Shown: positions 38,882 to 48,661 of the stretch, in pieces
Layout of the letters: each line of letters starts with the position of its first letter
Numbering within the stretch: position 1 is the first letter of the stretch
DNA from: Candidatus Iainarchaeum sp.
GTDB lineage: Archaea > Iainarchaeota > Iainarchaeia > Iainarchaeales > JAFCCW01
NCBI GenBank assembly: GCA_017609985.1
Contig: JAFCCW010000013.1
Location: forward strand, 36,429 to 100,428
Direction: 5' to 3'
DNA: 64,000 nt
Notes under the pieces: generated by a model
The model's database searches: none
The model's input: only the letters and a program-made list of their open reading frames with translations
What the model was told of the DNA's origin: nothing
Program-made: the position numbers and the translations under genes

Positions 38882-39571
38882 TTAAAAAGCTCTTGCAAGA
38901 ATTATTGCTGCAAGGCTTAGCATAAAACCGAGAAAAAAATGCTTCGAACTTCCTTCCTGTTTACTTGGAAGCATGTCTCTTGAAACAATGTAAAGAACAG
39001 CTCCCACCACAAACGAGAAAAGACCATGGTGGGCCACAGGCGATAAAGGAGCAATGGATGCAATAAGTGTTCCCGCAAGCGGAGCAGCTGACAAAACAAT
39101 CATCAACAACTTGTTCATTCCAAGAAATTCATCAATGTGCGTGAGAGAGATTGAAGAAGAAAAGATATGCGTCAAAAGCAGTGCAAAAGTAAACCATCCA
39201 ACCCCATCAATTCCTGTGCTAAATGAAAGAAACAAAAGAATTCCAATAACCAGATGATATATAAAAAATCCAGATATGTGAATAACTGCAAGCTCGTTCA
39301 GCATATGCTTTTTGTGCCTGATGTGCTGGTACACATATTTTTCGCTTAAGTGAAACAAGACAAATCCACTCAGGATAATAATGTAAACCTTGTCTCCAAT
39401 TACACTCAATCCATTAAGTGCCTGCGGAAGAAGTTCTATGAAAATAAATGTGATAAACAAGCCTGCAGAAAAAGAGACAAATCCTGTATGAAATCTCTCA
39501 AATTTGTAAGAATATGCTTCTGACAGAAAGTTCACGATGCTTAGAATCATTGCTAAAACGAAAACAATCAT
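38882..39571 (-). CDS. ZIP-like metal transporter membrane protein
   Basis: SFSAGLFITFIFIELLP, GAVLYIVSRDMLP; His residues in TM segments; start moved to MIVFVLA. Confidence 0.6.
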   Translation of the reverse strand: MIVFVLAMILSIVNFLSEAYSYKFERFHTGFVSFSAGLFITFIFIELLPQALNGLSVIGDKVYIIILSGFVLFHLSEKYVYQHIRHKKHMLNELAVIHISGFFIYHLVIGILLFLSFSTGIDGVGWFTFALLLTHIFSSSISLTHIDEFLGMNKLLMIVLSAAPLAGTLIASIAPLSPVAHHGLFSFVVGAVLYIVSRDMLPSKQEGSSKHFFLGFMLSLAAIILARAF

Positions 39572-39622
39572 GGGATTAAAAGGAACTTGTTCTTTAAATC
39601 TTTTTCCCATTATTTTATCTTT

Positions 39623-40660
39623 ATGAAAACAGTTACAATTGACCTTCACACTCATCTTTTGGAAAAGAAAGTGTCGCCTGTGAAGTACTGGCGAAAAGCT
39701 CTTGAACGAAGACTTGATGCAGTTGCAATAACAGAGCACGCAGAACTTAATCCAAAAAAAGCTTTCAGTCTTGTCTCTGCAAAAAAACCTGCTTCCATTG
39801 TTCTTATTCCTGGAGCCGAACTTTTCACAGACATAGGTCATGCAGTAATCCTTGCAGACTCTGAAGCAGTTTTTGAAGAAAAAGAGATTTTTGAAAAAAG
39901 AGTTTCATTAAAGAAAGTAAAAAAGATTGCAAACTCTAACAACTGGCTTTTGAGCATTGCTCACCCCTGGGGTTTTTCAGGAGACAGTGCTGCATTTATT
40001 GCAGGTGAAAAAAAACTTGAAAGAATTGTTCAAAGAGGCGGAATTGGAGTTGAATCATACAATGGAATGATTGGAAACATTAATTCTCTTGTTTATGACA
40101 CTAACTGGATTAAACGGCCTTTCAATTTCTTTGAATTTTTGGAACACAACCGAGTTTCGAGAAGAATAATGCTTGACAGAGTTGGAAGAAAAATGAGGTC
40201 TGAACTTGAAGAAAGAATCAAAGAAGTTCTGGAGCGAAGCGAAAAAGCTCTTGAGCTTGGTCTTAAAGCAGACTTTATTACTGCCGGGAGTGATGCGCAT
40301 TCAGCAAATCGTGTAGGAGAAGGAATCGTGAAACTCAAACTCGCAGGCAAACCAACTGCAAGAAACATTCTTGACTCTCTTCGTGAAAAAAAACATGTTG
40401 AGTGGGCGGGCCCATTTGTAAAAGAAGTTGGAGTGGACAGATACGAATTATTAGATGAGCCTGTCAAAAAGAAAGAAATATTTCAGGGAATGAAATATGC
40501 TACAAAGAGAGTTATTTCCAGAAAGGGAAAACTCAAAAAATTGAAAGAAAAGATTTCCGGCGGAAACGAAACAGACGAAGAAAATAATCTGGAAAAACCA
40601 AATAGTCAGAGCAAGGAAATCAAACCAGAAAAAGAAAAAAACTTTGGTGAAGAAAAGTGA
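39623..40660 (+). CDS. PHP-domain metal-dependent phosphoesterase
   Basis: DLHTH, AITEH, IPGAE, AHP, GSDAH. Confidence 0.85.
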   Translation: MKTVTIDLHTHLLEKKVSPVKYWRKALERRLDAVAITEHAELNPKKAFSLVSAKKPASIVLIPGAELFTDIGHAVILADSEAVFEEKEIFEKRVSLKKVKKIANSNNWLLSIAHPWGFSGDSAAFIAGEKKLERIVQRGGIGVESYNGMIGNINSLVYDTNWIKRPFNFFEFLEHNRVSRRIMLDRVGRKMRSELEERIKEVLERSEKALELGLKADFITAGSDAHSANRVGEGIVKLKLAGKPTARNILDSLREKKHVEWAGPFVKEVGVDRYELLDEPVKKKEIFQGMKYATKRVISRKGKLKKLKEKISGGNETDEENNLEKPNSQSKEIKPEKEKNFGEEK

Positions 40661-41070
40661 AACAATCTGTTTATGATGCAACGCCTATTTCAGCAATTCC
40701 AAAGGAAACAACCCAGCTTCATTTTGTTCGGCCAGTAAAGTCTTCCAAGGTTGAAAAAATAATTTCTGTTCTCCCAATGCTTTCAAAAATTTCAATGAGC
40801 AAGTCCTGTCTTGAACGCCTTGCTCCTAAAACAAAGAAAATTATTAAATCAAGCGGAATTCCAATAAATGTGTCTTCAGAGCGTGGCAGAGCAATTGAGA
40901 TTCCCTTTAACAAGCTTCTTCACGTAATTGAAATGTCAAAAGACGAGAGGCCTCTAAGGGAAATAGAGGAAACAACCGGTGTGCCGAAAAGCACTGTTCA
41001 CTATCTTGTCAAATATGCTTCAAGAACAAAGATAAAGAATGGAAAAAAAACAGTTTATCTTGATGGCTAG
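40657..41070 (+). CDS. DUF1699-like protein with C-terminal HTH
   Basis: LHFVRP; LREIEETTGVPKSTVHY. Confidence 0.6.
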   Translation: MKQSVYDATPISAIPKETTQLHFVRPVKSSKVEKIISVLPMLSKISMSKSCLERLAPKTKKIIKSSGIPINVSSERGRAIEIPFNKLLHVIEMSKDERPLREIEETTGVPKSTVHYLVKYASRTKIKNGKKTVYLDG

Positions 41071-41109
41071 ACAATCAAAACTTTTTTATAGCATGAAAGT
41101 CTATTTTTA

Positions 41110-41451
41110 TTGATTACAATGACTGAAGAAGAAACTCATTTTGATGCCCGTGTTTTGGAACTTGTCAGGAAGGGAGACGAAGAAAAAGTTAGCCTGCTTA
41201 AAAATCTTAACAAAAAAATTCTTCCGTCTCAACTTGTGCGCATCCAGAAAAACGACAAGACAGTTCTTTCCGAATTGTTTCTTCCAAAATGGGTTAAGTG
41301 GAGCCTGTTGCAGTCTTGGGCTTCCAAGTACAAGCTCGCAGGCAAGGGAAACGAGTGCGTGCTCTGCTCTGAAAAAAACGAGTTAGGCATTGACTTCAAC
41401 AATAACTTCATTTGTGAAAACTGCTTTGTGAGATTAAAGAATCTGAAATAA
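41110..41451 (+). CDS. Hypothetical protein with C-terminal zinc-binding motif
   Basis: CVLC...ICENC. Confidence 0.65.
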   Translation: MITMTEEETHFDARVLELVRKGDEEKVSLLKNLNKKILPSQLVRIQKNDKTVLSELFLPKWVKWSLLQSWASKYKLAGKGNECVLCSEKNELGIDFNNNFICENCFVRLKNLK

Positions 41452-41452
41452 T

Positions 41453-42136
41453 CTATCTAGTTTCGAACATAACCCTTCCAAGCCTTATTTCTGTGCTTCC
41501 TTCTTCTACTGCAACTTCAAAGTCGTTGGACATCCCCATTGAGAGTTCTTTGAATTCTTCTCCAAAAAATGGTTTCAATTCGTTTAAAAGTTTCTGCATT
41601 TTCTTGAAAAAAGGTCTTGTCTGCTCTGCGTCCACAAACGGAGCAGAGCACATTAATCCAGTGAAGTTAATGTTTTCAAAGCCAGTGCACACTTTTGCGA
41701 ACTCTTTTAGTTCTTCAAGCTTAACGCCGTGTTTTTGTTTTTCTCCACCAATGTTCACTTCAATCAAGCACTTTTGTTTAATGCCTTGTTCTCTTGCTGC
41801 ACAATTAATTTTTTCAGAGATTTTTTTCCTGTCAAGGCTTTCAATTACATCAAAGAGTTCAACAGTTTTCTTTACCTTGTTGCTTTGCAGTCCGCCTATG
41901 AAGTGCCAGTCGAGTCCTGTCTCTTTCAAGGCATCTATTTTTTTTTCTGCTTCTTGAAGATAGTTTTCTCCGCAAAGTCTGATTTCTGTTTGGGGAAAAG
42001 TTGCTGTTCTAATTTCTTCAATGCTTCTTCCCTTTGTTGCGGCAAGAATTTTTACATCCTCAGGGTTTCTTTGCGCTTTCTTGCAAGCATTCTTTACTCT
42101 CTCAAGAACCAAGAGATATTTCTTTTCCGAAAACAA
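41453..42136 (-). CDS. yggS: PLP-binding homeostasis protein YggS/PLPBP
   Basis: LAATK, GENYLQE, WHFIGGLQSNK, LSMGMSND, IRLG. Confidence 0.93.
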   Translation of the reverse strand: MFSEKKYLLVLERVKNACKKAQRNPEDVKILAATKGRSIEEIRTATFPQTEIRLCGENYLQEAEKKIDALKETGLDWHFIGGLQSNKVKKTVELFDVIESLDRKKISEKINCAAREQGIKQKCLIEVNIGGEKQKHGVKLEELKEFAKVCTGFENINFTGLMCSAPFVDAEQTRPFFKKMQKLLNELKPFFGEEFKELSMGMSNDFEVAVEEGSTEIRLGRVMFETR

Positions 42137-42138
42137 GT

Positions 42139-42276
42139 TTACATCTCCGGTTTCTCAATTTTTCCCTGTACTCTGGAGTGGCATGCAGGACATTCATATT
42201 CAGCAATAGCAGTTCCTGAACTAATGCTTCCGATTCCAACTCGCATCATTTCAATTCCGCATTTAGTGCATTTCAT
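42139..42276 (-). CDS. Small zinc-finger protein (45 aa)
   Basis: MKCTKCG...YECPACH; C-terminal part of track ORF 42139-42594. Confidence 0.6.
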   Translation of the reverse strand: MKCTKCGIEMMRVGIGSISSGTAIAEYECPACHSRVQGKIEKPEM

Positions 42277-42328
42277 TAACCAATTGGCTCTGCAAGATTT
42301 TTTAAAAACATCCACTGCTAATATTTTC

Positions 42329-43000
42329 ATGTTCAAAGCAGTCTTGTTCGATCTTGACAACACCTTAATCGACTTTATGAAAATGAAGCGCTCTTGTTCT
42401 GAGTCAGCTGTTTCTGCAATGGTTAATGCTGGTCTTGAAACAACGGAAAAAAAAGCTCTTGAAATCTTGTTTGAAATGTACGAAGAGCACGGCATGGAAA
42501 ACCAGAGCATTTTTGAAAAATTCTTAAAGCAGGTTTCCGGAAAAGTTGACCCAAAAATTCTTGCTTCCGGAATCGTGGCATACAGGCGGGTCAAGTCAGG
42601 TCACCTTGTTCCATATCCCCATGTTCAACACACTTTGATTAAACTCAAGGAAAAGGGAATAAAGCTTGGGATAGTAACTGATGCTCCAAGAAAACAAGCC
42701 TGGCTCAGGCTCGCAGAGCTCAATCTCACAGAATTCTTTGATGTAGTGGTTACTCTTGAAGACACTGGCAGACTAAAGCCCAGCAAGATGCCGTTTAAAC
42801 AAGCAATAAATCATCTCTTTCTTAAACCAGAGGAGATTCTTTTTGTAGGTGACAATCCTAGGCGAGACATTGCTGGTGCAAAAAAGGTTGGGATGAAAAC
42901 AGCTCTTGCAGAATATGGCTTGCTTGCAAAATCGAAGAAAACCGTAAAGTCAGATTTTTATCTCAAAGATATTTCTGATTTGATAAAAATTGTTGCATAA
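42329..43000 (+). CDS. HAD-family hydrolase (archaeal TIGR02253-like)
   Basis: FDLDNTL, VTDAP, KP, VGDN..RDI; start moved to MFKAVL. Confidence 0.9.
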   Translation: MFKAVLFDLDNTLIDFMKMKRSCSESAVSAMVNAGLETTEKKALEILFEMYEEHGMENQSIFEKFLKQVSGKVDPKILASGIVAYRRVKSGHLVPYPHVQHTLIKLKEKGIKLGIVTDAPRKQAWLRLAELNLTEFFDVVVTLEDTGRLKPSKMPFKQAINHLFLKPEEILFVGDNPRRDIAGAKKVGMKTALAEYGLLAKSKKTVKSDFYLKDISDLIKIVA

Positions 43001-43140
43001 CAGTTTTGTCAGTGCAATATTTTTGTTTCTGGTTGATTTTGTTTGTGAGCTGTTTTGTTTCTGATTAACCTGTTTTGTCCAAGAAAGACTTTTTAAATCA
43101 TTAAAACATATAATAAACACTGAAAAGCTGTTTTGGTGTT

Positions 43141-43410
43141 TTGATGGGCTTTCTAAGATTTGTTGAAAAATATTCAATTATTCTTTTCATGACACTGCTT
43201 ATTGGTCTAGCTCTATTTTTCTTCGGAGACTTTGCCGGAGGCATGCGGTCTTATTGGATGCTTTTATCCCGCGGTCAATGGTGGAATCCATTGTGGTGGC
43301 TTTTTGGAGACGGACAAAATGCTTTTCTCTTAACAATCTTTGTTTTTCTAATAGGGTATATTCTGAAAAAACTTCTTTACTGGGAGATACGAATTCAAAA
43401 CAGGTTTTAG
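43141..43410 (+). CDS. Small membrane protein
   Basis: Two hydrophobic helices, Trp-rich loop. Confidence 0.6.
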   Translation: MMGFLRFVEKYSIILFMTLLIGLALFFFGDFAGGMRSYWMLLSRGQWWNPLWWLFGDGQNAFLLTIFVFLIGYILKKLLYWEIRIQNRF

Positions 43411-43463
43411 ATTGCTTGTTTAAAATTTGACTGAAACTTGGATTCTTGAAACAAATCAGAATT

Positions 43464-44456
43464 TCAAGTATACTCTTTAACTTGCTTTCCAAGCTTCTTT
43501 GAAGCTAATTCAACACATTTTTCAAGGCATTCAGAGATACTGCCTTTTCCATTAAAGGCACCTGCTCCAGGGTGTCCGCCTCCGCTTCCATTGAACTGAT
43601 TTCCAAGTTTGCTAAAGACGTCTCTTGCAAGATCTATTTCTAATCTGTTAACAATGTGGCTGCTTGCTCTCCCTGAAACAATAATTTTTCCCTTGTCCGA
43701 GTCACCCACAAAAGCAATGTCTGCACCGATTCTAATAAGTGCATTTGCTGAATCTGCTTCAAATGCTCCTACTTTGGATGTAACAATAATATGTTTTCCT
43801 GTGCTGAAAATTCGCGCGCGCTTTGCTGCCTTTATTCTGGCAATTTTTTCTCCAGCAGTTTTTTCAACATTAAAAAGCGAAACAATTTCTGAAAAAGTCT
43901 TTCCAGAAGCATTTATTGCTTCTGCCATAAAGGAAAATGTTTCAGAGTTTGCAACATGAAAAAAGTTTGAATCAGTAATTATTCCTGCTGCAATCAAAAT
44001 GCCCTGTTCTTTTTCAATTTTTTGATTATTCTTTTTAATAAGGCTCATCACAAGTTCTGTGCTAGAAACAGCATTGCTTTTTACAAAGGAATTACTCTTT
44101 GAAACAATTGTTGTTTCAGAAGCAGAGTGATGGTCTATTGCAAAAAGCTTCTTTTTGAAGTTTTTTATTTCCTGTTCCATAGCTCCAGCCATTTCAAAAG
44201 AATTAAAATCAACAAGCACAGCTGAATCAAATTCATCCAGAGACTTGTTTACTTCAAAAGAGTTCCCAATTTTTTCTGCAAGAGCTTTTGCTGAAAGATT
44301 TGCATGGTCTGGAACAATTACCTGCACAAAAGCTTTTTCTTTAAGGAGAGCTTTTTCGAGTACAAATGCGGTAGCAACAGCGTCAACATCTGCACCCGTA
44401 TGAGTAATCAAAGCGACTTTTTTTCCCTTAAATTGTGAAAAAGAAGGGAAAACCAT
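43464..44456 (-). CDS. DHH-family phosphoesterase (NrnA/RecJ-like)
   Basis: HTGADVD, VD, IDHH, GGGH. Confidence 0.88.
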   Translation of the reverse strand: MVFPSFSQFKGKKVALITHTGADVDAVATAFVLEKALLKEKAFVQVIVPDHANLSAKALAEKIGNSFEVNKSLDEFDSAVLVDFNSFEMAGAMEQEIKNFKKKLFAIDHHSASETTIVSKSNSFVKSNAVSSTELVMSLIKKNNQKIEKEQGILIAAGIITDSNFFHVANSETFSFMAEAINASGKTFSEIVSLFNVEKTAGEKIARIKAAKRARIFSTGKHIIVTSKVGAFEADSANALIRIGADIAFVGDSDKGKIIVSGRASSHIVNRLEIDLARDVFSKLGNQFNGSGGGHPGAGAFNGKGSISECLEKCVELASKKLGKQVKEYT

Positions 44457-44460
44457 CTAA

Positions 44461-44829
44461 TCACTTCTCTTTTTTCTCTTCCTCTTTTTCTGCTTTGCCT
44501 GCAGAACCCTCTAGTTCACTCTTTATCTTGTTCAGCTTTTTTACAAGAGTGTCTTCCTGTTTTTGAAGAGTTTTTACTCTTAAATCAGCTGACTCAATAT
44601 TTTCTTTGAGTTCTTTTTTCATTTCTGCGACATCTTTCTGGATAAGAATATTTCCAACTGCCTTGAAAACCTTTTTTTCCTTGCTGTTTTCAATTTCTTC
44701 TTTTGCTGCCTTGAGAGCTCTTGACTGGGCCTGCAACTGTTGTTTTTGTGCAGAAATCCCCATTAACTGATTTCTGTTTTTATCAAATTCTGCCAGCATT
44801 TGCGGGTCAATATTGTTTCCATTCGTCAT
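44461..44829 (-). CDS. pfdB: Prefoldin beta subunit
   Basis: VFKAVGNILI flanked by coiled coils; synteny. Confidence 0.92.
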   Translation of the reverse strand: MTNGNNIDPQMLAEFDKNRNQLMGISAQKQQLQAQSRALKAAKEEIENSKEKKVFKAVGNILIQKDVAEMKKELKENIESADLRVKTLQKQEDTLVKKLNKIKSELEGSAGKAEKEEEKKEK

Positions 44830-45071
44830 TCAAACAACCTCCTTAACTTCTCTGATAAAACAATTGATTTTAGATAAGAATTAACTGAAGCGCGCAATGC
44901 TGCTCTATCCTTTGCTTCAATTGAGATAACAATATTTTTCTTATCTGTATTTATTTCAACTCTTGAACGCTTTTCATGCCTTGAATCTAGGTCTGGAGAA
45001 ACGCTTTTTTTTACAAGCCTAGATTCTTTTTCTCCCAGTGAAAGGCTTGTGCTGAAACTATACTCAGCCAT
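44826..45071 (-). CDS. pcc1: KEOPS subunit Pcc1
   Basis: RSRV...IEAKDRAALRASVNSYL. Confidence 0.88.
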   Translation of the reverse strand: MAEYSFSTSLSLGEKESRLVKKSVSPDLDSRHEKRSRVEINTDKKNIVISIEAKDRAALRASVNSYLKSIVLSEKLRRLFE

Positions 45072-45075
45072 TTAA

Positions 45076-45207
45076 CTATCTCCCTTTCACTTCTTTTGTA
45101 ATTGGGATTCTTTCCTTGTAAAGCACTTTATAGGCGCAAACAGGACACCTAATTACTCCGTCTGAAAGACTTTCAAATCTTTCTCCACATTTTCCACACC
45201 TGTACAT
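45076..45207 (-). CDS. rpoP: RNA polymerase subunit Rpo12 (P), 43 aa
   Basis: Hand translation: MYRCGKCG...IRCPVCAYKVLYKER; synteny. Confidence 0.92.
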   Translation of the reverse strand: MYRCGKCGERFESLSDGVIRCPVCAYKVLYKERIPITKEVKGR

Positions 45208-45214
45208 GAAACCA

Positions 45215-45751
45215 CTACTCCTTTTTTTTCTCTATTTTTTCTTCTTTCATGTTTTCTTCAATGGCTTCTTTTTCAGAAACTTTTTTTGGTTTCTTTTTTT
45301 CTGAATCACTGTCTTCTAAACTTTCTTTATTTTCTTCTTTTGTTTTCTTTGACTTTTTTTCCTGTTCTTTTTTTTCTTTTTCTTTGACAGTTTTTTCTTC
45401 AGAAACTTCTTCAAGGATTTCTTTCTCGCTTTCCTCTCCTTCTTTACCAGCTTCTTCTTTTGAACTGATTAGTTCTGAAAGATTTGAAAGAAATTTCTTT
45501 TGAGAAACCATTTTTCCAACGATTCTTCCAGTCATAGTAGTTGGAGTATATGAACCGCCTGCAAAAGTTTCATCGCATTTCTTGCATTTAAAGATGCCTG
45601 GTGAAACCCGGATAACTGTTGGTTTTCCGCATTTTGGACAAGTCTGCTTTTTTTTCTGTATTTTTTCAACTTTTAGCAGTCTCTTCCTTATCCCTACTCC
45701 ATATCTGGGGCCATATCTTCCTGTGCTTTTTACTTTCTTTGTTTCTCCCAT
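45215..45751 (-). CDS. rpl37ae: Ribosomal protein eL43 (L37Ae) with Lys/Glu-rich extension
   Basis: GRYGPRYG, CPKC..CKKC, AGGSY. Confidence 0.93.
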   Translation of the reverse strand: MGETKKVKSTGRYGPRYGVGIRKRLLKVEKIQKKKQTCPKCGKPTVIRVSPGIFKCKKCDETFAGGSYTPTTMTGRIVGKMVSQKKFLSNLSELISSKEEAGKEGEESEKEILEEVSEEKTVKEKEKKEQEKKSKKTKEENKESLEDSDSEKKKPKKVSEKEAIEENMKEEKIEKKKE

Positions 45752-45764
45752 TGTAATACACCTT

Positions 45765-46547
45765 TTAGATCTTTTTTCTTACATCCTTTGCTTTTTTCAC
45801 GGCTGTTTCAATGCACCATTCAATTTCTTTTGCATTAAATGTTCCCTGGCCACCTTTTTGGAACGCTGTGAGAATGTTGTCCTCTGTGGAAGCAATTGAA
45901 ACTCGCGCATCTGCTGCTTTTTGTTCTCCAAGATTTGCGTCAAGCACAATTGTATTGCCAATCTTGTAAAAAGTGGTTAACAGAGGGGTTTTTTCAACTG
46001 CTAAATCTCCACTAAATCCTTTTTTTACAATCTTGTCGTCTTTGTCTAGTTTTGGAATTTTTGTTTTGTGCAATGCTGCAATGCAAGCGATTGCCGTTGC
46101 ATCAAACAGGTTTCCATCATCGTTCACTGCATAACAGTCAATGAATGCAATCCAGACAAGTTCCCCCTTTCTAATGCAGAGCTTTTTGAAATCAATTGTT
46201 TTGCTTTCTCTTATTCCCCTGTCAACAACTCTTGCAAGCTCTATTGCAGCCTCTCTTGGAGGGCCTGCTTCAAATTCAGGAGATGCAAGCGGAAGAAGTT
46301 CTGCTCCAATAGAGATTGTTCCCTCATCAGGAGAATCTGGATATGGTTCTCCAGTAATTAATTTTACTCCTGCGATAACCTCTGTTTTGCCAAGCTTTAC
46401 TCTGGCACTGCCCTCTGCATTTTCACTTATTCCAGTTTCAATAGTTAATTCACGGAATTCGTCAACCGCTCTTCCGTCCTGTCTTTTTCCGTTTTTAAGG
46501 TCTTCTTTGACCTGTTTTGCTTTTACCTGCCATAATATATCTTCCAT
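45765..46547 (-). CDS. rrp42: Exosome subunit Rrp42
   Basis: RQDGR, AEGSA, ELARVVDRGIRES, DGNLFD. Confidence 0.94.
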   Translation of the reverse strand: MEDILWQVKAKQVKEDLKNGKRQDGRAVDEFRELTIETGISENAEGSARVKLGKTEVIAGVKLITGEPYPDSPDEGTISIGAELLPLASPEFEAGPPREAAIELARVVDRGIRESKTIDFKKLCIRKGELVWIAFIDCYAVNDDGNLFDATAIACIAALHKTKIPKLDKDDKIVKKGFSGDLAVEKTPLLTTFYKIGNTIVLDANLGEQKAADARVSIASTEDNILTAFQKGGQGTFNAKEIEWCIETAVKKAKDVRKKI

Positions 46548-46557
46548 CAAATCACCA

Positions 46558-47301
46558 TCACTTGCTTTCCTTTCCAACATTTGCATATTTTTTCTTCAAT
46601 GCATCCTGCTGGATTTTGTATACTTCATTACATCCCTTCACTCCGAGAGCATAGGCTTTCTTCCACTCCTCTTTTGTGAGCAAGCCGTCCATTTGAAGCA
46701 GAGTAATTTCCTCTGTTCTGGGCATAATTGCCAGCGGGATATCAACTGCATCAGGAGCGTCTTCTTCATCCTTGTTCAAATCAAGGATAATTTCCCCTCC
46801 AGCTTTTCCAACACCAACTGCTGAAACAAGATCTCTCATTGGAATTCCAGCATCAACCAGTGCAACGCTTGCAGCTGCAAGAGCAGCAACTCTTGTTCCA
46901 GCATTACTGTCAAGAATTTCAACAAAAATATCTATTGCTGCATTTGGGTACTTTTCCAGGAAAATTGCTCCTGCAAGAGCTTCGCTGCAGACTTTTGAAA
47001 TTTCTATTTCTCTTCTTCCGGGAGCAGGTCTTTTTCTGTCCGGAACAGAGAATGTTGCCATTCTATAACTAAAGTTTACAAGAGCCTTTTCAGGATCCTG
47101 CTTGTGCTTAGGCAGAGCCTCTTTTGGGCCGTGCACTCCAACAAGCACCTTGTTCTGTCCCCATTCAAGATAAGCAGAACCGTCAGCTGAATCAATCACG
47201 CCAACATCAATTTTAATAGGTCTTAACTCGTCAACCTTTCTTCCGTCGAGTCTTTTTCCCTTTTTTACATATTCGATTTTTTCATTTTTTACTTTAGTCA
47301 A
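46558..47301 (-). CDS. rrp41: Exosome subunit Rrp41
   Basis: RLDGR, YRMATFS, RREIEISK, AGTR, LLQMDG; TTG start after GGTGA. Confidence 0.94.
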   Translation of the reverse strand: MTKVKNEKIEYVKKGKRLDGRKVDELRPIKIDVGVIDSADGSAYLEWGQNKVLVGVHGPKEALPKHKQDPEKALVNFSYRMATFSVPDRKRPAPGRREIEISKVCSEALAGAIFLEKYPNAAIDIFVEILDSNAGTRVAALAAASVALVDAGIPMRDLVSAVGVGKAGGEIILDLNKDEEDAPDAVDIPLAIMPRTEEITLLQMDGLLTKEEWKKAYALGVKGCNEVYKIQQDALKKKYANVGKESK

Positions 47302-47302
47302 A

Positions 47303-47950
47303 TTAATCACCTTTTCCTTTTTTTCCCTCTTTTTCAAGGAATTCTTTCACGGAGTTTGTCAGATTGCTTAAATGAGCCTCGTCCTGAATCTTGCAGACTG
47401 CTTTTTTCAACAACTGAATATTTCCTCCCTTGACCCAGGCTCTTCCATTTCTTCCAACAAGAATATTAGCGCCTGTTCCGTCTTTCAAAACCTGAAGCAT
47501 TGAACCATTCTTGCCGATAAGCCTTGGAACCTGCACTGGATTCACATTCATAACTTCTCCGCCATAAAAAACGCGAACGCTTTCAAGGTCTGCTTCATTT
47601 ATTTCATTAACCTTTGAAACTTTTGCGGAAATCACTGTTCCTCTCCCCACTCTGTCCCTTATTTCGTCCTTTGAAACATATGATTCATAGATTGAATTAA
47701 TGTCAACTGTGTAACCTGAATATTTTTCGTCAGAAATAATTCCAAGTATAAGGTCGTTTTGCTGAGGTACATATCTTCCCTTCAATGGAACAACTGACGC
47801 TGTGTCTCCAGAATCAGAATAAATTCCCATTCTGGTCGAAATTATTTTTCCATTTTCCACATAAACGTGGCTGCCAGGTCTTTTTCTCTCTTCACTAACT
47901 ATTTCTCCTGGCACAACAATCTTTTTGTCATTTTTCACCATTTTTTTCAC
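47303..47950 (-). CDS. rrp4: Exosome RNA-binding subunit Rrp4
   Basis: IVVPGE, YVP, VPRLIGKNGSM, VGRNGR. Confidence 0.93.
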   Translation of the reverse strand: MKKMVKNDKKIVVPGEIVSEERKRPGSHVYVENGKIISTRMGIYSDSGDTASVVPLKGRYVPQQNDLILGIISDEKYSGYTVDINSIYESYVSKDEIRDRVGRGTVISAKVSKVNEINEADLESVRVFYGGEVMNVNPVQVPRLIGKNGSMLQVLKDGTGANILVGRNGRAWVKGGNIQLLKKAVCKIQDEAHLSNLTNSVKEFLEKEGKKGKGD

Positions 47951-48642
47951 TTCTCCAAAATTTTTGTTTCAATATTACCGTGTGTTATGCTATTGAGCTC
48001 GTTAAAAAGCTCTCCCTTTAATCCTGCAGGAATTTCTACAACCGCAATCAGCGAACCATCATTCTGCCATTCCTCTTTTTTCAAATTATAGGAACGAAGA
48101 GAGTTTGCTGCTTTTCCAGAGTGTTCAGCAGGAATTTTTATTGCAATTGAAAGCTTTTCAAACGAAATCGGAATAATTTTTTTGATTTCATCAAGGATTT
48201 CAGGAATCTGCTCTTCCGCACTCTTTTCAGCCTGAATATTTATTCCAGCTTCATTTAATGCGTTTTCAACCCGTTTAGGGGGGTGAGGTGCATTGGTTTG
48301 CGGATTAACAGCATTTTTTGCAATAATATCAATTACTTCCTTTCTTCTGTCCTCCTTCATTTTCTTTCTTTGCTCGGTTGTGAGCTGAACACTTCCTTCC
48401 TTTAAAATCTTTTTAACAATTTCTTCAACATTATTTGAATTGAAAACTTCCTGCAATGCCCCGTCTCCTGCTTCCTCCCCCTTTGCAGAATCCTTGAAAA
48501 CAGTATCAATTGCAAGCATCTCATCAAAGTTTACTTGCTCACCCTTTTTGAAATTCATTGCGAGATCAGGGTCAACCAAAACTTCAAATTTGTGACCATG
48601 GCTTTCAAGCCGTGCAATCACGGCATCGTCCAATTTAACCAT
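47947..48642 (-). CDS. Ribosome maturation protein SBDS/SDO1
   Basis: HKFEVLVDP, QLTTEQR, PHPPKR, EEWQNDGS. Confidence 0.94.
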   Translation of the reverse strand: MVKLDDAVIARLESHGHKFEVLVDPDLAMNFKKGEQVNFDEMLAIDTVFKDSAKGEEAGDGALQEVFNSNNVEEIVKKILKEGSVQLTTEQRKKMKEDRRKEVIDIIAKNAVNPQTNAPHPPKRVENALNEAGINIQAEKSAEEQIPEILDEIKKIIPISFEKLSIAIKIPAEHSGKAANSLRSYNLKKEEWQNDGSLIAVVEIPAGLKGELFNELNSITHGNIETKILEK

Positions 48643-48661
48643 TGCAAATTACCTTTGCTGA

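Noticed and set aside
41729-42328. N-terminal extension of the HAD ORF as listed in the track
   Set aside because: Overlaps yggS and a zinc-finger gene on the other strand; the HAD motif starts at ATG 42329
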